41,958 nt of DNA from a virus (Duplodnaviria; Caudoviricetes), in IMG/VR virus record IMGVR_UViG_3300037311_000497, positions 1-41,958 of that record; one strand, 5' to 3'. The position numbers and the translations under genes are program-made. This document shows positions 1-8,410 of the stretch, one piece after another. Each line of letters opens with the position of its first letter. Positions within the stretch are counted from its first letter, which is position 1. Below the pieces are notes generated by a model, which was not told where the DNA came from, ran no database searches, and saw only the letters and a program-made list of their open reading frames with translations.

Positions 1-330
1 ATGCAGGCGGTCCGGTGGGTCGGGTATGTCTATGCGGGGCTTGCGGTGGCCGCGGTTATCGGTGCCGCCGCCAACGAGGACCTGGCCATCCTGTTCCTGG
101 GGGCGGGGCTGACGCTGGCGGCCACTGCCGCGCTGTTTCTGGCGCTGGACCGTATCATCGAGGAGCTGGCCGCGATCCGGCGGGCGCAGGTCGGGCGGGC
201 GCAGCCCGGTCCGACGGCACCCGAGGCCGGCGGTGAAAACGAAACCACGATCACCAGCCCGCCGCGCAGCGTTGCCGAGATCGCCGAAGACCTAGAACGC
301 CTGAAGGCGCGCGCCGGGAAGGCGCCCTGA
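1..330 (+). CDS. Small membrane protein (two N-terminal hydrophobic helices), function unknown
   Basis: Hydrophobic segments VGYVYAGLAVAAVIGAA and LAILFLGAGLTLAATAALFLAL; converges on the repressor operon. Confidence 0.7.
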   Translation: MQAVRWVGYVYAGLAVAAVIGAAANEDLAILFLGAGLTLAATAALFLALDRIIEELAAIRRAQVGRAQPGPTAPEAGGENETTITSPPRSVAEIAEDLERLKARAGKAP

Positions 331-338
331 GCAGGGTC

Positions 339-983
339 TCACGTCCCGCTGCGGATCGCCCTGATCGTGGTGGAGTCACCCGGAAAATACGGCGGCAGCG
401 TTGCCGGGTTCGACAGGTCTAGGCTGGCTTCGAATCCGCGGACGAACGGTTCCGCATCCTGGTCGAACAGGTGCAGCCCGACGCGGGCATAGCGCGCCTC
501 CAACGCCTGCCGGGCCCGCTGGCGATTGCAGACGGTGGACATGACGGTCCGGGGCAGGAGATCGACGGCTTCACGTCGTAGGGAACGGCGGCGGTCCAGT
601 GCCGCGTCTGCAAGGTGCTTCCACGGCCCGGGAAACTGGCCCGCGGCCAGGAACCGGGCGCGCGCCTCGTCGAAGGCCGGCCAATGAAACCGGACACCTT
701 CGGCAAGAAGGGGCCAGAATGCCGCCGCCGCCAGTCGGTTGTCGTTGCGTTCCTGGGCTGCGATCCAGAGCGGAAACATCGCGTCGGCAATGTGACCGTG
801 CGTGACCGGGCCGACGACGTCGAAATAGGCGGCGGCGTAGTCCAAGAGCGTGCCGAAGGGGAGATCGGCCCGCACAAGAAAGCTCAGCGGGACCTTCGGC
901 GCAGCCTCGAGCTCGGCGCGCCGCTGCGCCGCGGTCGTCCCGGATAACTGTATCGAGAATCCCGGGCGCCGGGCGTCAGACAT
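339..983 (-). CDS. Hypothetical protein downstream of and coupled to the repressor (214 aa, MSDARRPG...)
   Basis: ATG at 983-981 overlaps the repressor stop (ATGTCTGA on minus strand); the upstream part of the 339..1205 ORF is a shadow of the repressor. Confidence 0.7.
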   Translation of the reverse strand: MSDARRPGFSIQLSGTTAAQRRAELEAAPKVPLSFLVRADLPFGTLLDYAAAYFDVVGPVTHGHIADAMFPLWIAAQERNDNRLAAAAFWPLLAEGVRFHWPAFDEARARFLAAGQFPGPWKHLADAALDRRRSLRREAVDLLPRTVMSTVCNRQRARQALEARYARVGLHLFDQDAEPFVRGFEASLDLSNPATLPPYFPGDSTTIRAIRSGT

Positions 984-1617
984 CGGCCTGCCCGGGTGAC
1001 TGCAGCGTCCAGACGACGCGGCCGAGGAGCGCGAATTCGGCCATCGAGCGGCTGAGGATCGAGGCGGCCGGTTTTCCCGGGCCGGGCAGGACGATGATGC
1101 CGGCGGGGTCGAACTGGAGCTGCCGCAGCCGGGGCTTGCCAGCCTCGAGGATCGCCCAGAGCGACGGCCCGCCTGACCTGACAGCGCCGGTGTCCACAAT
1201 CGCAAGTGCCGCGTCCGGCGGTTCGCCGCCCGGTGCCACCGCGGCGAGACGGTCGAGGTGCGGATCGACCGTGCGGGTCAGGTCGCTGTGCAGGGCGACG
1301 TGAGGGTCCGTCGCCTGAAAGGCGGCCCGGTGCCAGGGCACGGTGGCGTAGCCTTCCGGCGGGCGTGGTGCAGCTGCGGCGTCTTCGGACAGGTGACCGG
1401 CCGACCTGACCGGACCGATGTAGAAGTCCAGGCCGAGCGCGTTGCAGATATCCTTAGCCTTGGTGAGGGTTGGTCCGGCCTTCCTGTCGCTGCGCAAGAC
1501 GTTGCGGATGCTGTCGGGCGGCAGGCCTGCCGCCTGTTCGACGGCGAAAGGGTTCAGTCCCCGCAATGCGAGTTGGTCCTCGACCATCTGAACGAAGGCG
1601 GCAGCAAAGCTTTCCAT
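976..1617 (-). CDS. CI-like prophage repressor (N-terminal HTH, degenerate S24-like C-terminal domain)
   Basis: XRE-like HTH (NPFAVEQAAGLPPDSIRNVLR...GPTLTKAKDICNALGL), C-terminal LLGRVVW typical of S24 domains, divergent from the early operon. Confidence 0.85.
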   Translation of the reverse strand: MESFAAAFVQMVEDQLALRGLNPFAVEQAAGLPPDSIRNVLRSDRKAGPTLTKAKDICNALGLDFYIGPVRSAGHLSEDAAAAPRPPEGYATVPWHRAAFQATDPHVALHSDLTRTVDPHLDRLAAVAPGGEPPDAALAIVDTGAVRSGGPSLWAILEAGKPRLRQLQFDPAGIIVLPGPGKPAASILSRSMAEFALLGRVVWTLQSPGQADV

Positions 1618-1621
1618 GAAT

Positions 1622-1694
1622 CGGCATTTTTACCTAATGGCTTGCATATTGACTATCGGTAGAGTTACCGTCAAGATAGACGGTGAAGTTACCG
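1622..1694. promoter_or_regulatory. Lysis/lysogeny switch: overlapping divergent sigma70-type promoters and CGGT-N6-ACCG operators
   Basis: Plus strand TTGACT(1649-1654)-17bp-CAAGAT(1672-1677); minus strand TTGACG(1674-1669)-17bp-CAATAT(1651-1646); dyads CGGTAGAGTTACCG 1657-1670, CGGTGAAGTTACCG 1681-1694, degenerate CGGCATTTTTACCT 1622-1635. Confidence 0.7.
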
Positions 1695-1703
1695 AGACGG
1701 GTC

Positions 1704-1949
1704 ATGAAGAAGCATCAGCTCATCTCTCTGGCGGAAACCTATGCCGAACACCGCGGGCTCACTTTGCCTACGGTGTCGACCTATGCCGCCGGGGACGGGA
1801 AGTTCTTCTCCGCACTCAAGGGCAAGGCGTCCTGCACGATTGCGCGGGCTGAGCGGCTGGTCGGCTGGTTCGACGCCAACTGGCCCGCCGACCTGGCCTG
1901 GCCGCGCGACATCCCGCGGCCGTCCGCGATGCTGCGGAGGGCTGGGTAA
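1704..1949 (+). CDS. Cro/Ner-position HTH regulator, paralogue 1
   Basis: First gene of the early operon; small HTH-like protein; ATG at 1704 lies just after the operator. Confidence 0.75.
   Translation: MKKHQLISLAETYAEHRGLTLPTVSTYAAGDGKFFSALKGKASCTIARAERLVGWFDANWPADLAWPRDIPRPSAMLRRAG
1865..1942 (+). repeat. 78-bp direct repeat, copy 1
   Basis: Matches 2197-2274 except one synonymous G/A difference (1916 vs 2248). Confidence 0.95.
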
Positions 1950-2281
1950 TGTTTAACTCCTTCCGTCGGCGAATTGCGCTGCTCCTGTGCCCGGAGATTG
2001 ACCGCTCACTGCCAGCCGCCCCGGCCATGGACCCGAACCATCTCCTCCGGCTGGCCCGTCTCTACGGCGCCCATGTGAAGTCGCCCCCCCTGTCGCTGAA
2101 CCGCGTCGGGGTCAGGGCGGGAACACACACCCGGCTGTTCGAGCGGATCGAGGCGGGTCGGGGGTGCCACAGCGAAACCTTCGGCCGGGTTCTGGCCTGG
2201 TTCGACGCCAACTGGCCCGCCGACCTGGCCTGGCCGCGCGACATCCCACGGCCGTCCGCGATGCTGCGGAGGGCCGGCTGA
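1949..2281 (+). CDS. Cro/Ner-position HTH regulator, paralogue 2 (alternative start 2027)
   Basis: TAATG overlap with paralogue 1; alignable throughout, identical last 27 aa WFDANWPADLAWPRDIPRPSAMLRRAG. Confidence 0.75.
   Translation: MFNSFRRRIALLLCPEIDRSLPAAPAMDPNHLLRLARLYGAHVKSPPLSLNRVGVRAGTHTRLFERIEAGRGCHSETFGRVLAWFDANWPADLAWPRDIPRPSAMLRRAG
2197..2274 (+). repeat. 78-bp direct repeat, copy 2
   Basis: See copy 1; offset 332 bp. Confidence 0.95.
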
Positions 2282-2485
2282 TGACCGCCCCCGACCTGTC
2301 CACCCTGACCCTGCCCGAGCTGCGCGCGCTGGACGAGGCGCTGCGCCGGGCCATCGCCGCGGCGATGGCGGGGGGGGGCGGAGACTTTCGAAGCTGCCGT
2401 GCTGGCCGATGCCGAGGGCGTGTCGGTCGTCTTCACGGTTCCGCTGCAACAACGCCCTCCGGAGAGCCTGACATGGCAAGACTGA
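2281..2485 (+). pseudogene. Small ORF apparently frameshifted at a G9 tract (2370-2378); as sequenced it reads through into HU
   Basis: MTAPDLSTLTLPELRALDEALRR... continues in the +1 frame as AETFEAAVLADAEGVSVVFTVP...WQD* (stop 2483-2485, overlapping the HU start), with more typical codons than the read-through frame. Confidence 0.5.
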
Positions 2486-2745
2486 ACAAGGGCGACCTGG
2501 TCGCCGCGGTGGCGGCGGCCAAGGGCCTGCGCCAGGGCGATGTGGCGCAGGCCATCGACCACTTCCTGGACCTGATCCAGCGCCACACCGGCGCCGGGGA
2601 CACGGTGTTCCTGCACCGGTTCGGCATCTTCGAGATGCAGGACAAGCCCGCCCGCAAGGTGCGCAACCCGCGCACGGGCGAGGAAGGGATGACCCAGCCG
2701 ACCCGCCGCCTGCGGTTCCGCGCCTCGAAGGCGGGGGTCGAGTGA
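2473..2745 (+). CDS. hup: HU/IHF-family DNA-bending protein
   Basis: LNKGDLVAAVA...FGIF...ARKVRNPRTGE...FRASK HU signature; GGAG upstream of ATG 2473. Confidence 0.9.
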   Translation: MARLNKGDLVAAVAAAKGLRQGDVAQAIDHFLDLIQRHTGAGDTVFLHRFGIFEMQDKPARKVRNPRTGEEGMTQPTRRLRFRASKAGVE

Positions 2746-3041
2746 TGGCCGACGGTGCGCTGACAATCCCTGCGACCACGCACGATGTTGCGCAGGCGTT
2801 GCTCGTCGATCCGGAGGCGTTTGTCGACGTGCTCGACGTCATGGCCGGGGCGCCGTTGTCGGTCCTGGCGGTCTTTGTCCGCAGGGTGGGCGACAGCCTG
2901 CTGGGCGAGGGCAGCGAGGCGGCCATCCCGGAATTCCTGCGGGCGCTGGCCGTCGAGATCGAGCAGGCGCAGGCCCGCGGGCAGCAGGTCGCGGTTGCGG
3001 CCGAAGGGGCGGTGCGGTCCGTCAAGGCGGGTCTGCTGTGA
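2742..3041 (+). CDS. Hypothetical phage protein
   Basis: GTGA overlap with HU stop. Confidence 0.65.
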   Translation: MMADGALTIPATTHDVAQALLVDPEAFVDVLDVMAGAPLSVLAVFVRRVGDSLLGEGSEAAIPEFLRALAVEIEQAQARGQQVAVAAEGAVRSVKAGLL

Positions 3042-3181
3042 CCCGGTTTCTGGCCGCCCTGCAGCGCATCGAGGACGGGCCCGCCGGGCCCGTCCTGGAG
3101 TTCCTGACCATCGTCGCGATCTTCGTGCTGGGCCTTTGGGTCCTGCCGCTGATTGCCGTCGGGATGGGGGTCGTGCCGTGA
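3038..3181 (+). CDS. Small single-TM membrane protein (47 aa, MTRFLAALQRIEDGPAGPVLEFLTIVAIFVLGLWVLPLIAVGMGVVP)
   Basis: Not in the ORF track; fills the gap exactly with GTGA overlaps at both ends. Confidence 0.6.
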   Translation: MTRFLAALQRIEDGPAGPVLEFLTIVAIFVLGLWVLPLIAVGMGVVP

Positions 3182-3465
3182 CCGGCGCCCCCGACAATTC
3201 CCGGCAGGCCGGGATCAGCCCGGCACCCGAAGGCTATGGCTCGCCGGTGCCCTGGGCCTGGCTGGAGCTGCTGGCCAATCACCGTGTCGCGCAGAATGCG
3301 CGGGCGGCGGTGAAGGCGCGCTCGTCGGTCGATGTCCTGAACGACGAGGCGGTGGCCGACTATGCCCGGGCCGTCGATGCCATGGTCGCGGCCATGGACC
3401 GGCTGGCCGAGGACAAGGTGACCGGCCGGATCACGGCGTTCCTGTCGAAGAAGGAGCGCGGGTGA
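3178..3465 (+). CDS. Hypothetical phage protein
   Basis: GTG start overlapping the previous stop; 3-prime part of ORF 2785..3465. Confidence 0.6.
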   Translation: MTGAPDNSRQAGISPAPEGYGSPVPWAWLELLANHRVAQNARAAVKARSSVDVLNDEAVADYARAVDAMVAAMDRLAEDKVTGRITAFLSKKERG

Positions 3466-3800
3466 TGGGGTCGAAAGCGGGTCACCGGGGCGACATCATC
3501 ACGCGGGGAATCCGCGTGGTGTTCCAGTCCTGCAAGGGCTGGGTCGTCCTTGGTCCGGACGGATCGATGCTGTTCGGCCCGACCCGGGAGAAGGCCTATG
3601 CCCAGGCCGCGGCCGACAAGGCGCGGCGCGAGGCGGATGCCGGCGCCGGGCGCGGGATGCGCAAGTGCATGTGCTGTCAGGCCGAGTTCCGGTCGGACGG
3701 CAGGCACAACCGGCTGTGCGGCGACTGCGGCAAGCGTGACGGCGGCCCGGTTCCGGCCGGGTTCGCGATGATGACCAAGCGCGCGGGGGTGCAGCGCTGA
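3465..3800 (+). CDS. Zinc-finger-containing phage protein
   Basis: CMCC...RLCGDC (CxxC-x13-CxxC); AAGGAG RBS; TGATG overlap. Confidence 0.7.
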   Translation: MGSKAGHRGDIITRGIRVVFQSCKGWVVLGPDGSMLFGPTREKAYAQAAADKARREADAGAGRGMRKCMCCQAEFRSDGRHNRLCGDCGKRDGGPVPAGFAMMTKRAGVQR

Positions 3801-4054
3801 TGGCCCGCGCCACCGGCCATATCCACGCGGCGCCGCTGTCGAGCCCCCGGCTCCAGCGGGTGCTGCGGGTCCTCGACGGCGGGCGGCCGCAGTCGACGCG
3901 GGCCATCGTGCGCAAGGCGCAGGTGGTGGCGGTCAACGCCGTGATCGCCGAGCTGCGTCAGCACGGCGCCACGATCACCTGTGTCCGCCGCCAGCGCCCG
4001 AACGGGCGGGGCTTCTACCACCTCTACACGATGACGAAGGCGCCGGTGACATGA
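3800..4054 (+). CDS. Small winged-helix-like protein
   Basis: STRAIVRKAQVVAVNAVIAELRQHGATI resembles a wHTH; coupled on both sides. Confidence 0.65.
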   Translation: MARATGHIHAAPLSSPRLQRVLRVLDGGRPQSTRAIVRKAQVVAVNAVIAELRQHGATITCVRRQRPNGRGFYHLYTMTKAPVT

Positions 4055-4323
4055 GCGAGAACTCTGCCGAAATTGAATACCTGCGCCTTCGAGAGATGCT
4101 GGATCGGACGGTAGAGCATCTCGCCGTTCGCTCGGACGAAGTAGCACGATTTGTGAACGTGCTGCGGACCTGTGCTCGGTCTGAAGCATTTGGAGCGGCC
4201 GCGCAGGCGGCCGCCCAAATAGCAACCGCCAGCGATGAGGCTTACAGCCTCGTGCGAAACTTTACCGCGTTTGCTGTCCGCCTGGAGAGGGCCCGGAACC
4301 TGGTCCGGCGGGGCGGTCAATGA
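4051..4323 (+). CDS. Hypothetical protein with atypical, lower-GC codons
   Basis: ATGA overlaps on both sides; more A/T-ending codons than neighbours. Confidence 0.6.
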   Translation: MSENSAEIEYLRLREMLDRTVEHLAVRSDEVARFVNVLRTCARSEAFGAAAQAAAQIATASDEAYSLVRNFTAFAVRLERARNLVRRGGQ

Positions 4324-5225
4324 AACACCCCACCCTCCAGATGACCGGCCCAGTGCCGGTGGCCGAGATCGAGACCGGGTCACGCATCCGGCCGGTCAGC
4401 GAGGCCGGGGTCGCGGCAATCATCGCCTCGATCCGCGACGTCGGCGTGATGAAGGACCCGGTCCACCTGCGCCGCAAGAAGGGCGGGGTGCTGGTGCTTA
4501 TCGCCGGGGCCCACCGGCTGGAGGCCGCGCGGCGGCTGGGCTGGGAGACGGTCGAGGCGCGCGTCTGGGTCGATGTGACCGACGACTGGGCGCGGCTGAT
4601 GGAGATCGACGACAACCTCGCCGGGGCCGAGCTGAACCCGCTCGACACCGCCGTCTTCCTCGCCCGCCGCAAGGAGGTCTACGAGCGGCTGCATCCCGAG
4701 GCCAAGGCTAACATCGGCGCGCAGTTGGCGGCCAAGCGCTGGGATGCGGCGGACACGATGTCCGTCGCATCCTTCGCCGCCGTGACGGCTGAGAAATTCG
4801 GCATGAGCGAGCGGAACATCCGCCGCCTGATCGCCGCCGGGGCGGCACTCGCACCGCCTGATCTGGCGCACCTGCGGCAGGCCGCCCGGCCGGTGACGCT
4901 GAAGGACCTGACCGAGCTTGCCCGCTGTGACGCGCCGACGCGCTATGAGGCGGTCCTGCGTTTTGCCACCGGGAAGGCGAAGACCATCGCCGAAGCCCGC
5001 CGGTCGCTGAAACCCGGCGCCGCGCCCGCGGTGAAAGACCCGGTTGAAGACCAGTTCAAGGCGCTTTCCAGTGCCTGGGAACGGGCTGGGGCGCCCGCGC
5101 GCAAGCGGTTCCTTCTGGAATACCGGCAGGAGGTCTGGGAGGCGCAGAACAAGGGAGCGCCGCTGGCCGGCCGGGCGAAGCCTGGGAACGTTTCGAGCCA
5201 TGACGACGAGGGGCAGGCGGCGTGA
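4320..5225 (+). CDS. ParB/Srx N-terminal domain protein with HTH
   Basis: PVHLR...LIAGAHRLEAARRLG (GxxRxxA ParB box), EIDDNL, then HTH TAEKFGMSERNIRR. Confidence 0.85.
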   Translation: MKHPTLQMTGPVPVAEIETGSRIRPVSEAGVAAIIASIRDVGVMKDPVHLRRKKGGVLVLIAGAHRLEAARRLGWETVEARVWVDVTDDWARLMEIDDNLAGAELNPLDTAVFLARRKEVYERLHPEAKANIGAQLAAKRWDAADTMSVASFAAVTAEKFGMSERNIRRLIAAGAALAPPDLAHLRQAARPVTLKDLTELARCDAPTRYEAVLRFATGKAKTIAEARRSLKPGAAPAVKDPVEDQFKALSSAWERAGAPARKRFLLEYRQEVWEAQNKGAPLAGRAKPGNVSSHDDEGQAA

Positions 5226-5491
5226 TGGCGAAGACCGCGTTCTTCTACGGCGACTCTGGCGAAGACGAGTTTCCCTATGAGATCGAGATCGGCGACGAAG
5301 TCGAGTTCGAGGGCGAAAGCACCTTTGGCCGCCTGACCATGCTGGGCGAGATCACGGCCATCCAGCCGAAAAAGCGGACGGCAAAGGTCGTCTACCTGGA
5401 TGGCGGCGACTGGAACAAGGCGGGCGAACCGAAGCGCAAGGTCGCCTTCGTGCCGTTGACTGCCCTGACCCTGATCCGGAGGGTCCAATGA
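5222..5491 (+). CDS. Small beta-rich (SH3/KOW-like) hypothetical protein
   Basis: IEIGDEVEF...GEITAI...AKVVY pattern; coupled to neighbours. Confidence 0.6.
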   Translation: MMAKTAFFYGDSGEDEFPYEIEIGDEVEFEGESTFGRLTMLGEITAIQPKKRTAKVVYLDGGDWNKAGEPKRKVAFVPLTALTLIRRVQ

Positions 5492-7602
5492 CCCTCCTCC
5501 CCGCCCGCACCTGGTGGACCCCCGACGAGCTGGCCGCCTCTGGCCTGCCCGACGTGCCGCAGACCCGGCAGGGGGTTCAGGCGCTGATCGACCGGCAGGG
5601 CTGGCGGGCGCAGGCTGGGTTTGCGCGGCGCCGGGCGGGCAAGGGCGGGGGCTGGGAGTATTCCTGGCAGCTCTTGCCGTCGCGGGCGAAGGCGCGGCTG
5701 CTGGCCGAGGTGGCGGTCGCCGATGTCGCCGTTCCGGTCAGCCGGGACGATCAATGGGCCTGGTTCGAGAAGCTGCCCGCCGAGGTCAAGGCCAAGGCGC
5801 AGGCGCGGCTTCTGGTTATCCAGAAGGTCGAGGCGCTGGAAGGCACGCTCGGCCGCCATCTGGCGGTGGCGCAGGTCGCCCGGATGGACGGGGTCGGCGC
5901 GCGCACGATCTGGTCGTGGTTCGCCATGATCGAGGGGGTTGTGGCCGCCGACCGGCTGGCCTGGCTCGCGCCCCGCAACCGGGCGGGCAAGGCGCGCGGC
6001 GCGGTAAAGGACTGCGATCCGGCCTTTTTCGACGCGATCAAGGCGGATTACCTGCGGCTGGAAGAACCGCCTTTCACCGACTGCTACCGCCGGGCGATGC
6101 GGCTGGCCAAGGCGCAGGGCTGGGACGTGCTGTCCGAGCGCACCATGCAGCGACGGCTGGAGGCTGCCGTCAGCCCGGCCGTTCTGGTCCTCGCCCGCAA
6201 GGGGGTCGAGGCGCTGAAGCGGATGTTCCCGCCGCAGGTGCGCGACAAGACGGCAATGCGGCCGCTGGAGGCGGTCAACGCCGACTTCCACAAGTTCGAC
6301 GTCTTCGTGCGCTGGCCCGCGCGGCCGGGCGAGGCGCCGGTCGTGGGCCGCCCGCAGATGGTGGCCTTCCAGGACATCTATTCGGGCCGCATCCTGTCCT
6401 GGCGGGTGGACGTGACCCCCAATTCGACGGCCGTCCTTTTGGCCGCGGGCGACATGATCGAGGCCTGGGGCATCCCCGAGCATGTCCTGATGGACAACGG
6501 CCGCGAGTTCGCGGCGAAGGCGGTCACCGGCGGCGCCTCGACCCGGTTCCGGTTCAAGGTCAAGGACGACGACATCCCGGGCCTGTTCGTGTCGCTGGGC
6601 TGCACCGTGCACTGGGCCACGCCCTATGCGGGCCAGTCCAAGCCGATCGAGCGGGTCTTCAAGGACATCTCGTCCTCGATCTCCAAGGACCCGCGGTTTG
6701 CGGGCGCCTGGACCGGCAACAAGCCCGACGCCAAGCCCGAGAACTATGCCTCCCACGCGGTGCCCTTCGAGCAGTTTCTGCGCGTCCTGGGTGAGGGGAT
6801 TGAGGAGTGGAACACACGCCCTGACCGCCGAAACGAGGTCGCCTGCGGCCGGTCCTTCGCCCAGGTCTTCAACGAGGCCTATCCGACCGCGGGAGTGCGT
6901 AAGGCCACGGCCGCGCAGCGCCGGTTCTGGCTGCTGGGTGCCGAGGGCCTGCGGGCCGAGCGTGGCAGCGGGCTGATCCGCTTCATGGGCAACGTTTTCT
7001 GGGCGCCCTGGTGCCAGGACATCGCGGGCGAGCGGGTTATCATCCGTTTCGACCCGGCCGACCTGCATGCCGGGGTCCACGTCTATTCCGCTGCCAACGC
7101 CTACCTGGGTGAGGCGCCTTGCCGCGAGAAGGCGGGCTTCTTCGACATGGACGAGGCGCGGGTCCATGCCCGTGCCCGGTCCGACTGGATGAAGGCCGAG
7201 AAGCGCGCGCTGCAGGCGGAGCGCCGCCTGACCGCGGTCGAGCTGGGCGCCATGCTGGATTCGGTGGCCGTCGAGCCTGCCGCGCGGCCCGAGGCCAAGG
7301 TGGTCAAGCCGGTCTTCGGCAAGGGCAAGGGTCCGAAGGCGGACCGCCCGGCGACGGTCGCCCCGGGCGGGGCGGTGGTTGCCGACCTGACCGCACGCCT
7401 GCCCGGCGCGCCGTCGCCCGCCGAGGTCCCTGACAGCCCGCGCGAACTGTTCCGCCGCGCGCTGGAACTGGAAGGTCGGCTGGCCCGCCGCGAGCCGGTC
7501 ACCGTCGAGCAGGAGCGGTGGCTGACGGCGTTCAAGACCACCGGCGACTACTTCGCCGAGCGTCTGATCTGGGACGAGCACGGGGACACGATCTTCGGAT
7601 GA
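5488..7602 (+). CDS. Mu-type transposase A
   Basis: N-terminal Mu DNA-binding HTH (WWTPDELAASGLPDVPQTRQGV); DDE triad NADFH / MDNGREF / SKPIER. Confidence 0.95.
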   Translation: MTLLPARTWWTPDELAASGLPDVPQTRQGVQALIDRQGWRAQAGFARRRAGKGGGWEYSWQLLPSRAKARLLAEVAVADVAVPVSRDDQWAWFEKLPAEVKAKAQARLLVIQKVEALEGTLGRHLAVAQVARMDGVGARTIWSWFAMIEGVVAADRLAWLAPRNRAGKARGAVKDCDPAFFDAIKADYLRLEEPPFTDCYRRAMRLAKAQGWDVLSERTMQRRLEAAVSPAVLVLARKGVEALKRMFPPQVRDKTAMRPLEAVNADFHKFDVFVRWPARPGEAPVVGRPQMVAFQDIYSGRILSWRVDVTPNSTAVLLAAGDMIEAWGIPEHVLMDNGREFAAKAVTGGASTRFRFKVKDDDIPGLFVSLGCTVHWATPYAGQSKPIERVFKDISSSISKDPRFAGAWTGNKPDAKPENYASHAVPFEQFLRVLGEGIEEWNTRPDRRNEVACGRSFAQVFNEAYPTAGVRKATAAQRRFWLLGAEGLRAERGSGLIRFMGNVFWAPWCQDIAGERVIIRFDPADLHAGVHVYSAANAYLGEAPCREKAGFFDMDEARVHARARSDWMKAEKRALQAERRLTAVELGAMLDSVAVEPAARPEAKVVKPVFGKGKGPKADRPATVAPGGAVVADLTARLPGAPSPAEVPDSPRELFRRALELEGRLARREPVTVEQERWLTAFKTTGDYFAERLIWDEHGDTIFG

Positions 7603-7627
7603 ACGCGGCGGATTTTGGGGGCAGGCA

Positions 7628-8410
7628 GTGAGCAACGAGAACAAGAGTTTCGGGAACGTGGCGCCGCTGGAGAACGTCTCCCGGCTCCTGTCCCTGATCG
7701 GGCAGGTGGCCGGGCGGGCGCACGGCCTGCCGGGGATGGCCTGTTTCCACGGCCGCGCGGGGCAGGGCAAGACATCCGCCGCGACCTATGCGGTCAACAA
7801 GCTGAATGCCTGCCACATCGAGGCCCCCACGCTGGGCGGAGCGCGCAAGCTGCTGGAGATGATGGTGATCGAACTGGGGCTGCGGCCCTTGGCGACCGCG
7901 GCGCGGCTGTTCGACCAGGCGGCGGAGGAACTCGGCCGCACCGGACGCCCGCTGATCATCGACGAGGCGGACCTGGTCCTGAAGGACACGCAGATCGAGA
8001 CGATCCGCAAGCTGCACGACCTGACCCAGGTGCCGGTGATCCTGATGGGCGAGGACCGGCTGCCGCACAAGCTGATGGCCTGGCCGCGCGTGCACGGCCG
8101 CGTCATGGCATGGGCCGAGGCCGCACCCCTGACCGGTGCCGACATGGTCCACCTGGCCCGCATCTGGGCGCGGGGGGTGGACATCGCCGATGACCTGCGG
8201 GCGCGGGTGGAAAAGGCCGCGGGCGGGTCGCACCGCTATGCCGCGACGAACCTCTCGGCGATCCGCGAGTTCGCCGCCCTGCGCGGCCTTGCCCGCGTCG
8301 CCGCAGCCGACTGGGGCGACCGGCCGATGCACACCGGCCAGCCGCCGCAGATGCGGGTGGCGCGGACCGGGTTGCTGGCCGAGGCCGCCCGGCGCCGGGG
8401 GGCGGCATGA
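7628..8410 (+). CDS. MuB-like AAA+ transposition ATPase
   Basis: Walker A GRAGQGKT, Walker B LIIDEAD; directly after MuA. Confidence 0.93.
   Translation: MSNENKSFGNVAPLENVSRLLSLIGQVAGRAHGLPGMACFHGRAGQGKTSAATYAVNKLNACHIEAPTLGGARKLLEMMVIELGLRPLATAARLFDQAAEELGRTGRPLIIDEADLVLKDTQIETIRKLHDLTQVPVILMGEDRLPHKLMAWPRVHGRVMAWAEAAPLTGADMVHLARIWARGVDIADDLRARVEKAAGGSHRYAATNLSAIREFAALRGLARVAAADWGDRPMHTGQPPQMRVARTGLLAEAARRRGAA

Noticed and set aside
1865-2274. 78-bp repeat pair as DGR template/variable repeats
   Set aside because: Only one synonymous mismatch, both copies are coding, and there is no reverse transcriptase in the window
5392-7770. 792-aa minus-strand ORF
   Set aside because: Antisense shadow of MuA caused by high GC3; no motifs
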